From assembly GCA_046290465.1 (NCBI GenBank), contig JBKAGP010000001.1, forward strand, positions 608,001 to 672,000: a stretch of DNA of 64,000 bases, given 5' to 3'. The notes beneath the pieces were generated by a model. The model saw nothing but the letters and a program-made list of their open reading frames with translations, had not been told where the DNA came from and searched no databases. The position numbers and the translations under genes are program-made. Positions 27,746 to 37,593 of the stretch are shown here, piece after piece. The DNA comes from Planctomycetota bacterium. Its GTDB lineage: Bacteria > Planctomycetota > UBA1135 > UBA2386. Each line of letters begins with the position of its first letter. Position 1 is the first letter of the stretch.

Positions 27746-28612
27746 ATGAGAACAACGTTGTGGATCGGCCCACGGCATTGGATTCTTGAGTCGTTGACTC
27801 CATCCGAAGGACTGCAGGTGCGGCGACTGCGTCGCGGCGACGACGCGGCAGCCGCGCTCGCCGAGGCGGCGGGCGTGCACGGTGTCTACGTTCGCAACGC
27901 CCTCTCGGAGGGATTGTCCGACGGGTTCGTGTTCGCCGTCGACGGCAGGGACTGCGGGGTCGCGTGGTTCGGCCCGCGCGGCAACCTGGTCGTGGTCAGC
28001 GACCAGCGCGCCCACGGCCACGAACGGGACCTCGCCGCGCAGGTGCTGCGGGCGCGCTGGAGCTGGCGCATCGTGCTCGGCGACGCCGGCCTGGTCGACG
28101 CGCTGGCGGCCGTCGTGCCGCGGCGGGCCCTCGCGCACCGCGACCAGATCTACTACTGCGGCGGCCCGGACGACGCCAACCCCAAGCACGTGCGCGACGA
28201 CCTGCGCGAGCCGGAGCGCGAAGACCGCGAACGGCTGGCGCGCGCGACCCTGGCGCTGAACGCGAGCGACCTCAACATCGCGCCCGACCGCGTCGATCGG
28301 CGCTGGCTCTACAGCACCATCGACGACCGGATCCACGACGGCACGACCCGCGTGCTCGGGCCGGTCGGCGGGCTGTGGAGCAAGCTCGACTTCGGCAGCC
28401 AGGGGCCCGGTGGGGTCGTGATCGAGGGCGTCTACACGTTCCCCGAGCGGCGCGGCCGCGGCCTCGGCGCCGACCTGGTCGCCAGCTGCATGGCGCAGAG
28501 CCGTGGCGCGGTGTCGCTGCACGTCGCCGAGCACAACCGGGCGGCGCGGCGCAGCTACGAGCGCGCCGGGCTGCGCGAGGCCGGCCGCTGCCGGCTGCTG
28601 CTGCTCGGCTGA
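27746..28612 (+). CDS. GNAT family N-acetyltransferase (start uncertain)
   Basis: GVYTFPERRGRGLG motif A; N.AARRSYERAG. Confidence 0.85.
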   Translation: MRTTLWIGPRHWILESLTPSEGLQVRRLRRGDDAAAALAEAAGVHGVYVRNALSEGLSDGFVFAVDGRDCGVAWFGPRGNLVVVSDQRAHGHERDLAAQVLRARWSWRIVLGDAGLVDALAAVVPRRALAHRDQIYYCGGPDDANPKHVRDDLREPEREDRERLARATLALNASDLNIAPDRVDRRWLYSTIDDRIHDGTTRVLGPVGGLWSKLDFGSQGPGGVVIEGVYTFPERRGRGLGADLVASCMAQSRGAVSLHVAEHNRAARRSYERAGLREAGRCRLLLLG

Positions 28613-28615
28613 TCG

Positions 28616-30364
28616 TCAGCGCAGCAGGTACGCGTAGGCCAGCTCCGGGCCGAACAGCGGGTGCTGGCACGGCTGCCGCAGGTGCATGGTCAGCATCTCG
28701 CGCTTCAGCGTGTCGTGCAGCCGGTCGGCCTCGACCGCCTTGCCGACCGCGCGCAGGCTGCGCGCCAGCAGCGCCTTGGTCAAAGGCGACGCCGACAGCA
28801 GGGCGGCGCGCGCCAACGCGTTCTGCATCGCGCCGACCTCGCCCTCGCGTTCGTGGGCGTAGGCGGCGAGCAGCGACGACCAGGCGCTGTCGCCGTCGCG
28901 GGCCAGCGCGTCCTCGAGCCCTTCGGCGCGCACCCCGGTGGTGAGGACCTGGTGCATGCCGCCAACGAACGCGGCCGCGTCACGCGTCACCGCCTCGACC
29001 GGCAGCTTCTGCACCGCGGCGACCAGGTTGGGCAGCTGGTCGGAGCTGCCCAGCCGGACCAGCACGGCGCCGGCCTCGGCGAAGTCGCCGACGCGCGCAT
29101 CGAGCGCCAGCGGGTGCTTGACCAGCCAGCGCAGGTCGTCGAGCAGCAGCTCGCGGGCGCGTTCGGGCTGGTCGGTCAGCAGCGCGTGCGCGGCCTGCAT
29201 GCGCAGCACCTGGTGGCTGATGCTGTCGCGGTCACCCGAACCGTAGTCGCGACGGGCGCGATCGAGCACCTGCCCGAGCTCGTCGTCGCGACGCGACTCG
29301 AACAGCGCGATCGCCCACGGCAGCAGTACCCACGGGGTCGGCAGCCGCAGGCTGGCCTCGCGCAGGTGTTCGGCGGCGGCAACGGCGTCGTCGGTGCCGA
29401 GGCAGGCCCAGCCGAGGTGGTAGGCGACGAAGCCGCGCTCGGGCAGCCGCCGGTGCAGGTCCTCGAGCAACGGCCGCGAGGTCGCGAAGTCGGCGAGGAA
29501 GTTGTGGCCGAGCGCGTCGGTGTAGCGGGGCTCGTCGTCGTGCGGCCGTTCGCGGCGGGCGACCGCGGCCAGCGTGGTCAGCTCGCGGTCGAAGCGGCCG
29601 GCGCGCCGCGGCTCGAGCGCGGCGTTGGCGAGCAGCAGCGTGCGCGCCAGCCGGTGCTGGACCGTCGGCGAGCAGCGCGCCGCGTAGCCGAGCGCCTCGC
29701 GGCTGATGTCGCGGGCGCGCGTCGGGTCGTTGCGCAGCAGTTCGAGCGCGGCCAGGGGCGCCAGCACGAACGGCGCGCCCCCGTCGTGGCGGCGGGCGGT
29801 GCGCAGCGCCGCGAACGCGCCCGAGAAGCCGCCGGTACGGATCAGTTCGTCGGCGTCCTCGACGGCGATCACCGCGCGCGGATCCTCGGAGGTGATCCGG
29901 CCGACGGGCAGCGGCCGCGTAGCCGCCTCGCCGAGGGCGCGCCGCGCCGCCCAGGCCAGCTGGTCGATCGCCGCCAGCAGGCCCGGGGTCTCGAGGCCTT
30001 CGCCGTAGGCAGCGCTCGCCAGCAACGTCTCGGTGCCGTCTCGCAGCAGCGTCGCGGTCAGCGCCTTGGCGTCGACGTCGATCGTCAGCGCCAGCTGCGC
30101 GAGGCCGTCGTAGGCCTTGGGGGCGATCGAGAACGCGACGGTCTGGCCGATCGCTTCCCGCCACCAGGTGCGCACCGCGCGCCACGGGCCGTCGACCGGC
30201 AGGCCGTCGCTGACGGTCGCCGCCACCCGGGTGCCGGCCGGCAGCCGCAGCGCGACCGGCGGCGTCGGCTCGGGCACGTCGGCCAGGGCGGATTCCGGGA
30301 TCTCTGCGGGCGCGGAGTGGCAGGCCACCAGGGCGCAGAGCGCGAGCAACGGCAACGGACGCAC
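28616..30364 (-). CDS. hypothetical lipoprotein with TPR-like helices
   Basis: Lipobox ALVAC; helical repeats such as AYHLGWACL. Confidence 0.65.
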   Translation of the reverse strand: MRPLPLLALCALVACHSAPAEIPESALADVPEPTPPVALRLPAGTRVAATVSDGLPVDGPWRAVRTWWREAIGQTVAFSIAPKAYDGLAQLALTIDVDAKALTATLLRDGTETLLASAAYGEGLETPGLLAAIDQLAWAARRALGEAATRPLPVGRITSEDPRAVIAVEDADELIRTGGFSGAFAALRTARRHDGGAPFVLAPLAALELLRNDPTRARDISREALGYAARCSPTVQHRLARTLLLANAALEPRRAGRFDRELTTLAAVARRERPHDDEPRYTDALGHNFLADFATSRPLLEDLHRRLPERGFVAYHLGWACLGTDDAVAAAEHLREASLRLPTPWVLLPWAIALFESRRDDELGQVLDRARRDYGSGDRDSISHQVLRMQAAHALLTDQPERARELLLDDLRWLVKHPLALDARVGDFAEAGAVLVRLGSSDQLPNLVAAVQKLPVEAVTRDAAAFVGGMHQVLTTGVRAEGLEDALARDGDSAWSSLLAAYAHEREGEVGAMQNALARAALLSASPLTKALLARSLRAVGKAVEADRLHDTLKREMLTMHLRQPCQHPLFGPELAYAYLLR

Positions 30365-30434
30365 CGCAGGAGTGTCGCGGAGCGGGCCCGTCGGCTCAAC
30401 CGGAGGGGGGCGGAATGCCGATGGCATCGACGTG

Positions 30435-31412
30435 ATGCGAACCCTCGTGGCTTGTCTGGTCTCGTCGCTCGCCGCCTTCGCCCAGCAGGGCCAGGAGGGT
30501 GGGCAGCGACCCGCGGGCAGCAACTCGATCTCGCCGGTGTCGTTCGACAACAACGGCTGGCCGGTCGGGTTCGGCCGCAACCCCGCCCCGGCGCCGGCCG
30601 GGGAGACCCGCCCTGCCGCCCCAGAGCGCCGCGGCGGCGCCGTCGCGAAGCGTCCGGCCGACGACGACCGGGTGATCGCGGCGGGCACCGCCGACGAACC
30701 GCTGGCGTCGGGCATGCACCTCGACTCGCCGCTGCACGACGTGTTCCGGGCGACCCGCTCGCCCGGCGCGCTGAAGCAGATCGGCGGCGTGGTCGCCTAC
30801 TGGAAGCTGACCGTGCACGGCAAGGACGGCGCGCCGATCGGCGAACGCACCTACGTGCACATCGCCGACTGTGCCCACCCCGAGCGCGACCGCCTCGAGT
30901 ACGGCGACCGCGTGTTCGTGCGCGACGCCGGCCGCGTGTCGGCCGGCCGCGGCGGCATCCCGTGGGAGAAGCTGCAGGGCACGGCCGCTGCCGAGCTTGC
31001 GCTGTTCGGCCTGCACCTGCGGCTGCCCTGGTGCTACGGCGAGGGCCGCAGCTACGCGATCCTGCGCCGGGACGCGGCCGTGCGTCGCGGCGAGACGCTG
31101 GTCAAACTGACGATCGAGCGGCGGCCAGCGGCGGCCAACGAGGTGTTCGGGCCCGAGGCGACGCCGCGGCAGCGCGACCGCTTCGAACTGCTCTACGAGC
31201 CGAGCACCGGCACGCCGCGCGAGCTGCTGCACCGGTTTGCCAGCAGCGGCCAGCAGCGCCGCGTGCTGCTCGAGGACTGGCGCGAGTTCGAGGGCGTGCG
31301 GCTGCCGCACCGCCGCATCTACGTCGACGAGTCGCTGCGCCCGACGACCACGGTGCAGCTGATGGACGTGCGCCGCCGCCGCGTCGGCGACCGCGACTTC
31401 CGGCTGCTGTAG
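30435..31412 (+). CDS. exported protein, possibly LolA-like fold
   Basis: Signal peptide ending AAFA-Q; C-terminal EDWREFEGVRLPHRRIY resembles lipoprotein-sorting-like proteins. Confidence 0.6.
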   Translation: MRTLVACLVSSLAAFAQQGQEGGQRPAGSNSISPVSFDNNGWPVGFGRNPAPAPAGETRPAAPERRGGAVAKRPADDDRVIAAGTADEPLASGMHLDSPLHDVFRATRSPGALKQIGGVVAYWKLTVHGKDGAPIGERTYVHIADCAHPERDRLEYGDRVFVRDAGRVSAGRGGIPWEKLQGTAAAELALFGLHLRLPWCYGEGRSYAILRRDAAVRRGETLVKLTIERRPAAANEVFGPEATPRQRDRFELLYEPSTGTPRELLHRFASSGQQRRVLLEDWREFEGVRLPHRRIYVDESLRPTTTVQLMDVRRRRVGDRDFRLL

Positions 31413-31416
31413 CGCG

Positions 31417-32319
31417 CTACTCGGGGCAGCCGTCGGCGATCCACTTGCGGATCGTCTCGATCTCGGCCTTGGTCAGCTGCTCCTCGTCCTTCGGCGGCAT
31501 GTGCGCGTCGTCGTCGAGCGGCAGCGCGAACGACTCGAGCATCGCGCTCTCCTCGGGCTTGCCGGGGATCACGATCTGCTCGTCGCCCCAGCCCTCGAGC
31601 ACCATCTTGCGCGTCGTCAGGTCGAGGTCGCCCTCGTAGTCCTTGGGGTTGTGGCACTGCGTGCAGACGCGCTCCATGATCGGCTGGATCTCGGTCGCGT
31701 AGCGGGAGGCGGCCGGCGGCGTGCCCGGCTGCTGGTCGCCTGCATTCTGGCCACCTGCATTCTGGCCACCTGCACCCTGGTCACCTGCACCCTGGCCACC
31801 TGGATCCTGGCCACCTGGATTCTGGCCACCTGGATCCTGGCCGCCGGGCTCGACCGTCGGCTGCCCCTGCTGCTGGTCGAGCGCGCGCGTCAGCGGCTTG
31901 AACAGGAAGTCCTTCTTGTGCGTCAGCGTGCCGCCGAAGTGGCCCGTCGGGACCGACAGCGCCAGCGCCGCCGCGAGCGCCAGACGGAACGGCCGGCGGC
32001 TCTTGCGCGGCGCCAGGATCGGCAGCAGGACGCAGCACGACGCCATCGCGATCGCGAACTTCTTGTGCAGGCCGAGTACCTCGGAGTCGACCTTCTCGGC
32101 GGCGAGCACCCAGCCCGAACCGAACGCGGCGGCGGCGGTCAGCGCCGTCATCACCGCGAGCGTCAGCAGCGCACCCTTGGGGATGTTGCGTCGGAAGATC
32201 GCGGCGCCGAACTCGAGCACCGCCATCGCCGGGATCAGCCCGATCGGCAGGTGCAGCAGCACGATGTGGAAGCGGCCGAACACTTCCAGCCAGACGGACG
32301 AATCGACTTGGAGAACCAT
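31417..32319 (-). CDS. membrane protein (DUF2231-like TM region) fused to a planctomycete-type cytochrome c domain
   Basis: GRFHIVLLHLPIG, GHFGGTLTH; IQPIMERVCTQCH; HMPP; IRKWIADG. Confidence 0.85.
   Translation of the reverse strand: MVLQVDSSVWLEVFGRFHIVLLHLPIGLIPAMAVLEFGAAIFRRNIPKGALLTLAVMTALTAAAAFGSGWVLAAEKVDSEVLGLHKKFAIAMASCCVLLPILAPRKSRRPFRLALAAALALSVPTGHFGGTLTHKKDFLFKPLTRALDQQQGQPTVEPGGQDPGGQNPGGQDPGGQGAGDQGAGGQNAGGQNAGDQQPGTPPAASRYATEIQPIMERVCTQCHNPKDYEGDLDLTTRKMVLEGWGDEQIVIPGKPEESAMLESFALPLDDDAHMPPKDEEQLTKAEIETIRKWIADGCPE
31732..31845. repeat. 15-bp in-frame tandem repeat (about 7.5 units) encoding G(G/D)Q(D/N/G)(P/A)
   Basis: ctggccacctg(c/g)a(t/c)(t/c) units. Confidence 0.9.
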
Positions 32320-32332
32320 CGCGGGGCTCGTT

Positions 32333-33793
32333 CTACGCAATCAGCTCGGGAACGACACGTCCGAAAACGTCGGTCAGGCGGTAGTCGCGCCCCTGGTGGC
32401 GGTAGGTCAGGCGTTCGTGGTCGAAGCCGAGCAGGTGCAGCAGCGTCGCGTGCAGGTCGTGCACGCTGACCGGATCGCGCACGATGTTGTAGCCGAAGTC
32501 GTCGGTCTCGCCGTGCACGTGGCCGCGGTTGACGCCGCCGCCGGCCATCCACATCGTGAAGCAGCGCGGGTGGTGGTCGCGACCGTAGTTGGTCTTGCTG
32601 AGGCCGCCCTGGCTGTAGACCGTGCGGCCGAACTCGCCGCCCCAGACCACCAGCGTGTCGTCCAGCAGGCCGCGCCGGCGCAGGTCGGTCAGCAGCGCGG
32701 CGATCGGGCGGTCGACGGCCTTGCACTGCTTGCGGATCTCGCTCGGCAGGTTGCCGTGCGCGTCCCAGCCGCGCATGTAGAGCTGCACGAAGCGCACGCC
32801 GCGCTCGTTGAGTCGGCGCGCCATCAGGCAGCTCTGCGCGAACGTGCCCGGCTTCTGCGCCTCGTCGCCGTACAGGTCCCAGGTCGCCTGGTCCTCGTCG
32901 GCGAGGTCGACCAGTTCGGGCACCGAGGCCTGCATCCGGAAGGCCATCTCCTGCTGCGCGATGCGCGCGTCGATCTCGGCGTCGCCCGTGCGCGCGCGCT
33001 CCTGCTCGGCGAACGCGTGGACCAGGTCGAGCATGCGGCGACGGTCCTGGCGGGTCACGCCGGGCGGGTCGCTGAGGTAGAGCACCGGGTCGCCGCTGCT
33101 GCGCAGCTTGCAGCCCTGGTGCTCGCTCGGCAGGAAGCCGTTGCCCCAGAAGCGCGCCGCCAGCGCCTGCATGTTGCCGAAGCCCTGGGTGATCATCACC
33201 ACGAACGTCGGCAGGTCCTTGTTGTCGCTGCCGAGGCCGTAGCTCGCCCACGAGCCGAAGCTCGGCCGGCCGGGCTGCTGGTTGCCGGTCTGCGCGAACG
33301 TGATCGCCGGCTCGTGGTTGATCGCCTCGGTGTGCATCGAGCGCACCACGCACAGCTCGTCGGCGACGCGGCCGAGGTGCGGCATCAGTTCGCTGATGTA
33401 GACGCCGTCGCCGCCGTTGTCGTGCTTGTCGAAGCGGAACAGCGACGGCGCGACCGGGAACCGCTTCTGGCCCGAGGTCATGCCGGTCAGGCGCTGGCCG
33501 TTGCGGATCGAGTCGGGCAGGTCGGTGTCGTAGAGGCGATGCAGGTCCGGCTTGTGGTCGAACAGGTCGAGGTGGCTCGGGCCGCCCTCCATGTGCAGGT
33601 AGATGACGCGGCGCGCCTTCGGTGCGAAGTGCGGCCCGTCGCCGTCGCCGATCGGCCGCGGCGGCCGGCCGAGGCTCGAGGCGAGCGCGGTCGAACCGAG
33701 CATGCCGGTCAGGCCGGTGGCGGCCGCTCCCTGGAAGAAGCGGCGCCGCGACAGGGACATCAGGTGGTCCCGGAGGAGGTCTTGGTCGGCCAT
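32333..33793 (-). CDS. DUF1501 domain protein with Tat signal
   Basis: SRRRFF; AKRVIYL.M.GGPS-like motif; EAINHEPA; WGGEFGRT; GRDHHP. Confidence 0.93.
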   Translation of the reverse strand: MADQDLLRDHLMSLSRRRFFQGAAATGLTGMLGSTALASSLGRPPRPIGDGDGPHFAPKARRVIYLHMEGGPSHLDLFDHKPDLHRLYDTDLPDSIRNGQRLTGMTSGQKRFPVAPSLFRFDKHDNGGDGVYISELMPHLGRVADELCVVRSMHTEAINHEPAITFAQTGNQQPGRPSFGSWASYGLGSDNKDLPTFVVMITQGFGNMQALAARFWGNGFLPSEHQGCKLRSSGDPVLYLSDPPGVTRQDRRRMLDLVHAFAEQERARTGDAEIDARIAQQEMAFRMQASVPELVDLADEDQATWDLYGDEAQKPGTFAQSCLMARRLNERGVRFVQLYMRGWDAHGNLPSEIRKQCKAVDRPIAALLTDLRRRGLLDDTLVVWGGEFGRTVYSQGGLSKTNYGRDHHPRCFTMWMAGGGVNRGHVHGETDDFGYNIVRDPVSVHDLHATLLHLLGFDHERLTYRHQGRDYRLTDVFGRVVPELIA

Positions 33794-33797
33794 CGGT

Positions 33798-36700
33798 TCA
33801 GTCGATGTAGAGGGTCGCGTCGAGGTCGAGGAAGGCGCTGGCCAGCACCGTGAACGCGGCCAGCCGCGCCGCGTCGAGCTCGCCGTCGACGGGCTTCTCG
33901 CCGACCGCCAGCAGCTTGCCGGCGCCGTCGGGATCCTGCTGGTAGCGGCGCTGCAGCTGCCGCAGCGTCTCGCGCGCCATCTGCAGCTGCTCGCCGCGCA
34001 GCGTGCGGCCGGTGGTGCGGCGGTACATGTCGACGAGGCGCGCCTCGTCGTCGGGCGCCGCCCGCATCGATCGGCTCGCCAGTTCGCGGGCGGCCTCGAC
34101 GAACTGCTCGTCGTTCCACAGGACCAACGCCTGCAGCGGCGTGTTGGTGGTCGAGCGCCGGATGGTGCAGAACTCGCGCGTCGGCGCGTCGAACGTCAAC
34201 AGGCTCGGCGGCGGACAGGCGCGCTTCCAGTAGGTGTAGAGGCTGCGGCGCCACAGCGCGTCGCCGTCGTCGCGCTCGAAGATGCGCGTGTTGGACTGCA
34301 GCATCGCGACCTCGCGCCACAGGCCCTGCGGTTGGTACGGCTTGACGCTCGGGCCCCCGGTGCGCTCGACCAGCAGGCCGCCGACGTAGAGCGCCTGGTC
34401 GCGGATCGCCTCGGCGGTCAGGCGTCGCCGCGGGAACCAGCCGAGCAGCCGGTTGTCGGGATCGCGGCCGACGTCGCCGACGCGGCTGCGCTGCCGGAAC
34501 GTCTCGCTGGTGACCATCAGACGCAGCATCTGGCGCACGCTGTGGCCACGGTCGGCGAACTCGAGCGCCAGCCAGTCGAGCAGCTCCGGGTGGCTCGGCC
34601 ACTCGCCCTGCATGCCGAAGTCCTCGCTGGTGCGCACGATCCCGGTGCCGAACACGAACTCCCAGTAGCGGTTGATCGCGACCCGGCGCAGCAGCGGGTT
34701 GTTGTCGGAGACCAGCCAGCGGGCCAGGCCGAGCCGGTTCTTCGGCAGGTCGGCCGGCAGCGGGCCGAACACCTTCGGCAGCTCGCGGATGACCGGGCGC
34801 TGCGGGTCGGCCTTGTCGTACTCGCCGCGCATCAGCACGAACGTCGGCCGCTGCTCGCCGCGCTCCTGCATGACCATCGCCATCGGCACCGACGCCTCGA
34901 GGGCCTCGGCCTGCTGCTGCAGTTCGGCCAGACGTGCGGTGCGCTCGAGGTAGACCGGCGAGCGCTTGCTGCGGTAGGCGTGCAGCAGCTTCTGCTGCCG
35001 TTCGGGGTCGCCGAGCACGTCGGGCACCATCGCCAGGAACAGGTCGTCGCGCAGCTCGCGTTCGCCGGCGACGGTCTGCAGCGCGAAGCCGCCGGCCCCG
35101 CCGGTGTTGACGATCTTGAGCACGACGAAGTGGGCGCCCGCCGTCAGCGTGGCCTTGGCGCGGTCCTGGTCGAGGCGCACGCCGCGCGCGACGCGGCGCT
35201 GCCCGACCAGCTTGCCGTCGACGTAGAGCTGGAAGCCGTCGTCGCTGCCGAGCTGGAACTCGACCTCGCGGCGCGACGGCACCCAGATGCGCTGGCCGAC
35301 GTAGACCGCGTTGACGCCGTTGTTCAGCAGGTTGGTACGGTCGCGGCCGAAGTTCTCCCGGTAGCTCCAGCCCTTGGTCGCCGTCTTCGCGCCTTTGGAC
35401 TTCGCGTGCTGGAAGCGGGCGTCGCGCTCGAACGACGTCGCCAGCTCGGGACCGAACGCGGTCTCGTAGAGCTTTTGCGCGTTCTTGCTCGAGAACGGTC
35501 CGCACGTGTAGTAGCCGCTGGTCCACAGCGGCAGTGCGTGCATGCCGGCGTCGCTGGCGCGGCTGGTGGCGAACCGCACCCGGCCGAAGACGTGCTGGCG
35601 GTAGCGGCTGTCGTACTTGAGGGTGACCCGCAGCTCGGTGCCGCCCTCGAACCCGAACGGCTCGCCGGCGAGGAACCACGCGGTGCGCGGCCCGGTCTGC
35701 TGGTGGCCGGCCGGGGCCCAGCCGATGCCGTCGTCGACCAGCGCGTTGCCGACGCCGAAGTCGCCGTTCTGCTGCTCGATGTCGGCGAGCGCGTAGATCA
35801 GCGGCACCTCGCGCCACGCTGCTTCGCCGTCGCCGCTGCCCTGCAGCGGGCGCGCCTCGAGGCGCAGGTGCTGGAGCACGGTGTTGCCGTGGCTGGCGCG
35901 GCTGGTGCGAGCCTGCGGCAGCGACGCATCCGGCAGGGCCTCGAGGCACAGCCAGCGTTGTGCGGTCGCGTGCGTGCGCAGTTCGTAACGCTGCACGTCG
36001 CGGTCGGGGTTGTCGCCGCTGCCGAGCACCGAGCCGTCGTCGAGCACGGTCAGCGTCGCCCCGCCGGACGAATGCGCGGCTTCGACCCGCGGGCGCGTCC
36101 AGTGCAGCGAGAGTTCGCCGCCGACGCGGGCCAGGAACTCGCCGTAGTTGCGCCGTTCGTCGGGATCGATCTGGTCGCGCAGCGCGCGCGCCGCCTCGAT
36201 CTGCGCCGACAGTTCGCCGCGCCGCTGGTGCTGCGCGTCGGTCGGCACCGACAGGTTGGGTTCGAGCGCGCGGTTGGGGTTGTTGCGCGCCTGGCTGTAG
36301 AGGCCCGGCTCCTCGTTGTTGTTGAAGAACGAGAACAGCTGGTAGTAGTCCTGCTGCGAGATCGGGTCGTACTTGTGGTCGTGGCAGCGCGCGCAGCCGA
36401 GCGTCAGGCCCATCAGCACGCTGCCGACGGTCGCGGTGCGTTCGGCCGCGTACTCGACCAGGTACTCGGCGTTGATCGCGCCGCCCTCGTCGGTGGTGAC
36501 GTGGTTGCGCAGGAAGCCGGTGGCGACCTTCTGCTGGTCGGTCGCGTCCGGCAACAGGTCCCCGGCGAGCTGCTCGACGACGAACGCGTCGAACGGCTTG
36601 TCGTCGCGGATCGCCTGGATCAGCCAGTCGCGCCACAGCCAGGCCTGGCGACCGGCGTCCATGTGGATGCCGCTGGTGTCGGCGTAGCGGCCGGCATCGA

Positions 36701-37394
36701 GCCAGATCGAGGCCAGGTGCTCGGCGTGGCGGGTCGCATACGGCTCCTCGGTCAGCAGCCGGTCGACCAGCCGTTCGTAGCGGTCGCTGCGCGCGTCGTC
36801 GAGGTAGGCCTGCAGCTCCCGCGGCGTCGGCGGCAGCCCGGTCAGGACCAGGAACAGGCGCCGGCACAGGGTCGCAGGGGCGGCGGCGGGGCTGGGCTCG
36901 GCGCCGACGCGCTGCAGCTGCTGCCGCACGAATGCGTCGATCGGGTGGCCGGCGCCGTTCTGTGGCACCGGCTGCGGCTTCGGCGGCTCGAACGCCCAGT
37001 GGCCCTCGTAGGCGGCACCCTCGCGGATCCACTGCGCGAACCTCTCGATCTCGGCCGGCTGTAGCGCCGGCTTGTTGGACGACGGCGGCGGCATGCGCTC
37101 CTGGTCGTCGTGGCTGCGGATGCGCTCCATCAGCAGGCTGCGTTCCGGATCCCCGGGCACGATCGCCGCGGCCCCGTCGCCGAGGTCGGCGATCGCGAAG
37201 CGGCGCTCGTCGAGACGCAGGTCGGCCGCGCGTTCGTTGGCATCGGGGCCGTGGCAGCGGAAGCAGCGATCCGACAGCAGCGGACGGATGTCGCGGCCGT
37301 AGCGGATGGTCTTTTCGACGGGCGCCTGGGCGAGCAGCGCCACACAGGCGGACAGCGCGCCGAGCAGGCGCGGGAGGAGTCTTCTGGGTGCCAT
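33798..37394 (-). CDS. PSD1 and planctomycete cytochrome c domain protein (DUF1549/DUF1553) with PA14-like insert
   Basis: DIRPLLSDRCFRCHGPD; LGCARCHDHKYDPI; GSDDGF; PSHPELLDWLA; TNTPLQAL. Confidence 0.93.
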   Translation of the reverse strand: MAPRRLLPRLLGALSACVALLAQAPVEKTIRYGRDIRPLLSDRCFRCHGPDANERAADLRLDERRFAIADLGDGAAAIVPGDPERSLLMERIRSHDDQERMPPPSSNKPALQPAEIERFAQWIREGAAYEGHWAFEPPKPQPVPQNGAGHPIDAFVRQQLQRVGAEPSPAAAPATLCRRLFLVLTGLPPTPRELQAYLDDARSDRYERLVDRLLTEEPYATRHAEHLASIWLDAGRYADTSGIHMDAGRQAWLWRDWLIQAIRDDKPFDAFVVEQLAGDLLPDATDQQKVATGFLRNHVTTDEGGAINAEYLVEYAAERTATVGSVLMGLTLGCARCHDHKYDPISQQDYYQLFSFFNNNEEPGLYSQARNNPNRALEPNLSVPTDAQHQRRGELSAQIEAARALRDQIDPDERRNYGEFLARVGGELSLHWTRPRVEAAHSSGGATLTVLDDGSVLGSGDNPDRDVQRYELRTHATAQRWLCLEALPDASLPQARTSRASHGNTVLQHLRLEARPLQGSGDGEAAWREVPLIYALADIEQQNGDFGVGNALVDDGIGWAPAGHQQTGPRTAWFLAGEPFGFEGGTELRVTLKYDSRYRQHVFGRVRFATSRASDAGMHALPLWTSGYYTCGPFSSKNAQKLYETAFGPELATSFERDARFQHAKSKGAKTATKGWSYRENFGRDRTNLLNNGVNAVYVGQRIWVPSRREVEFQLGSDDGFQLYVDGKLVGQRRVARGVRLDQDRAKATLTAGAHFVVLKIVNTGGAGGFALQTVAGERELRDDLFLAMVPDVLGDPERQQKLLHAYRSKRSPVYLERTARLAELQQQAEALEASVPMAMVMQERGEQRPTFVLMRGEYDKADPQRPVIRELPKVFGPLPADLPKNRLGLARWLVSDNNPLLRRVAINRYWEFVFGTGIVRTSEDFGMQGEWPSHPELLDWLALEFADRGHSVRQMLRLMVTSETFRQRSRVGDVGRDPDNRLLGWFPRRRLTAEAIRDQALYVGGLLVERTGGPSVKPYQPQGLWREVAMLQSNTRIFERDDGDALWRRSLYTYWKRACPPPSLLTFDAPTREFCTIRRSTTNTPLQALVLWNDEQFVEAARELASRSMRAAPDDEARLVDMYRRTTGRTLRGEQLQMARETLRQLQRRYQQDPDGAGKLLAVGEKPVDGELDAARLAAFTVLASAFLDLDATLYID

Positions 37395-37593
37395 CGAGAT
37401 CGAGGGACGGAGGGGTTCGCATTGTGGCGCATGCTTGCCATGCTGTCACGCCGCACGATGCCCCGTTTGCACGCAGCCGAAACGGGGTAACCTGTTGTCG
37501 GCGGCGTTCGTCCCGGAGGACCTTGGCGTTGCCGCACCTGACGTGACCAGTCCTTCTGTCGTGACCACGCAGCCGGCCGACGGCACCGGTCGG

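Noticed and set aside
31732..31845. CRISPR array
   Set aside because: Repeats are contiguous, in-frame and lack unique spacers; no cas genes
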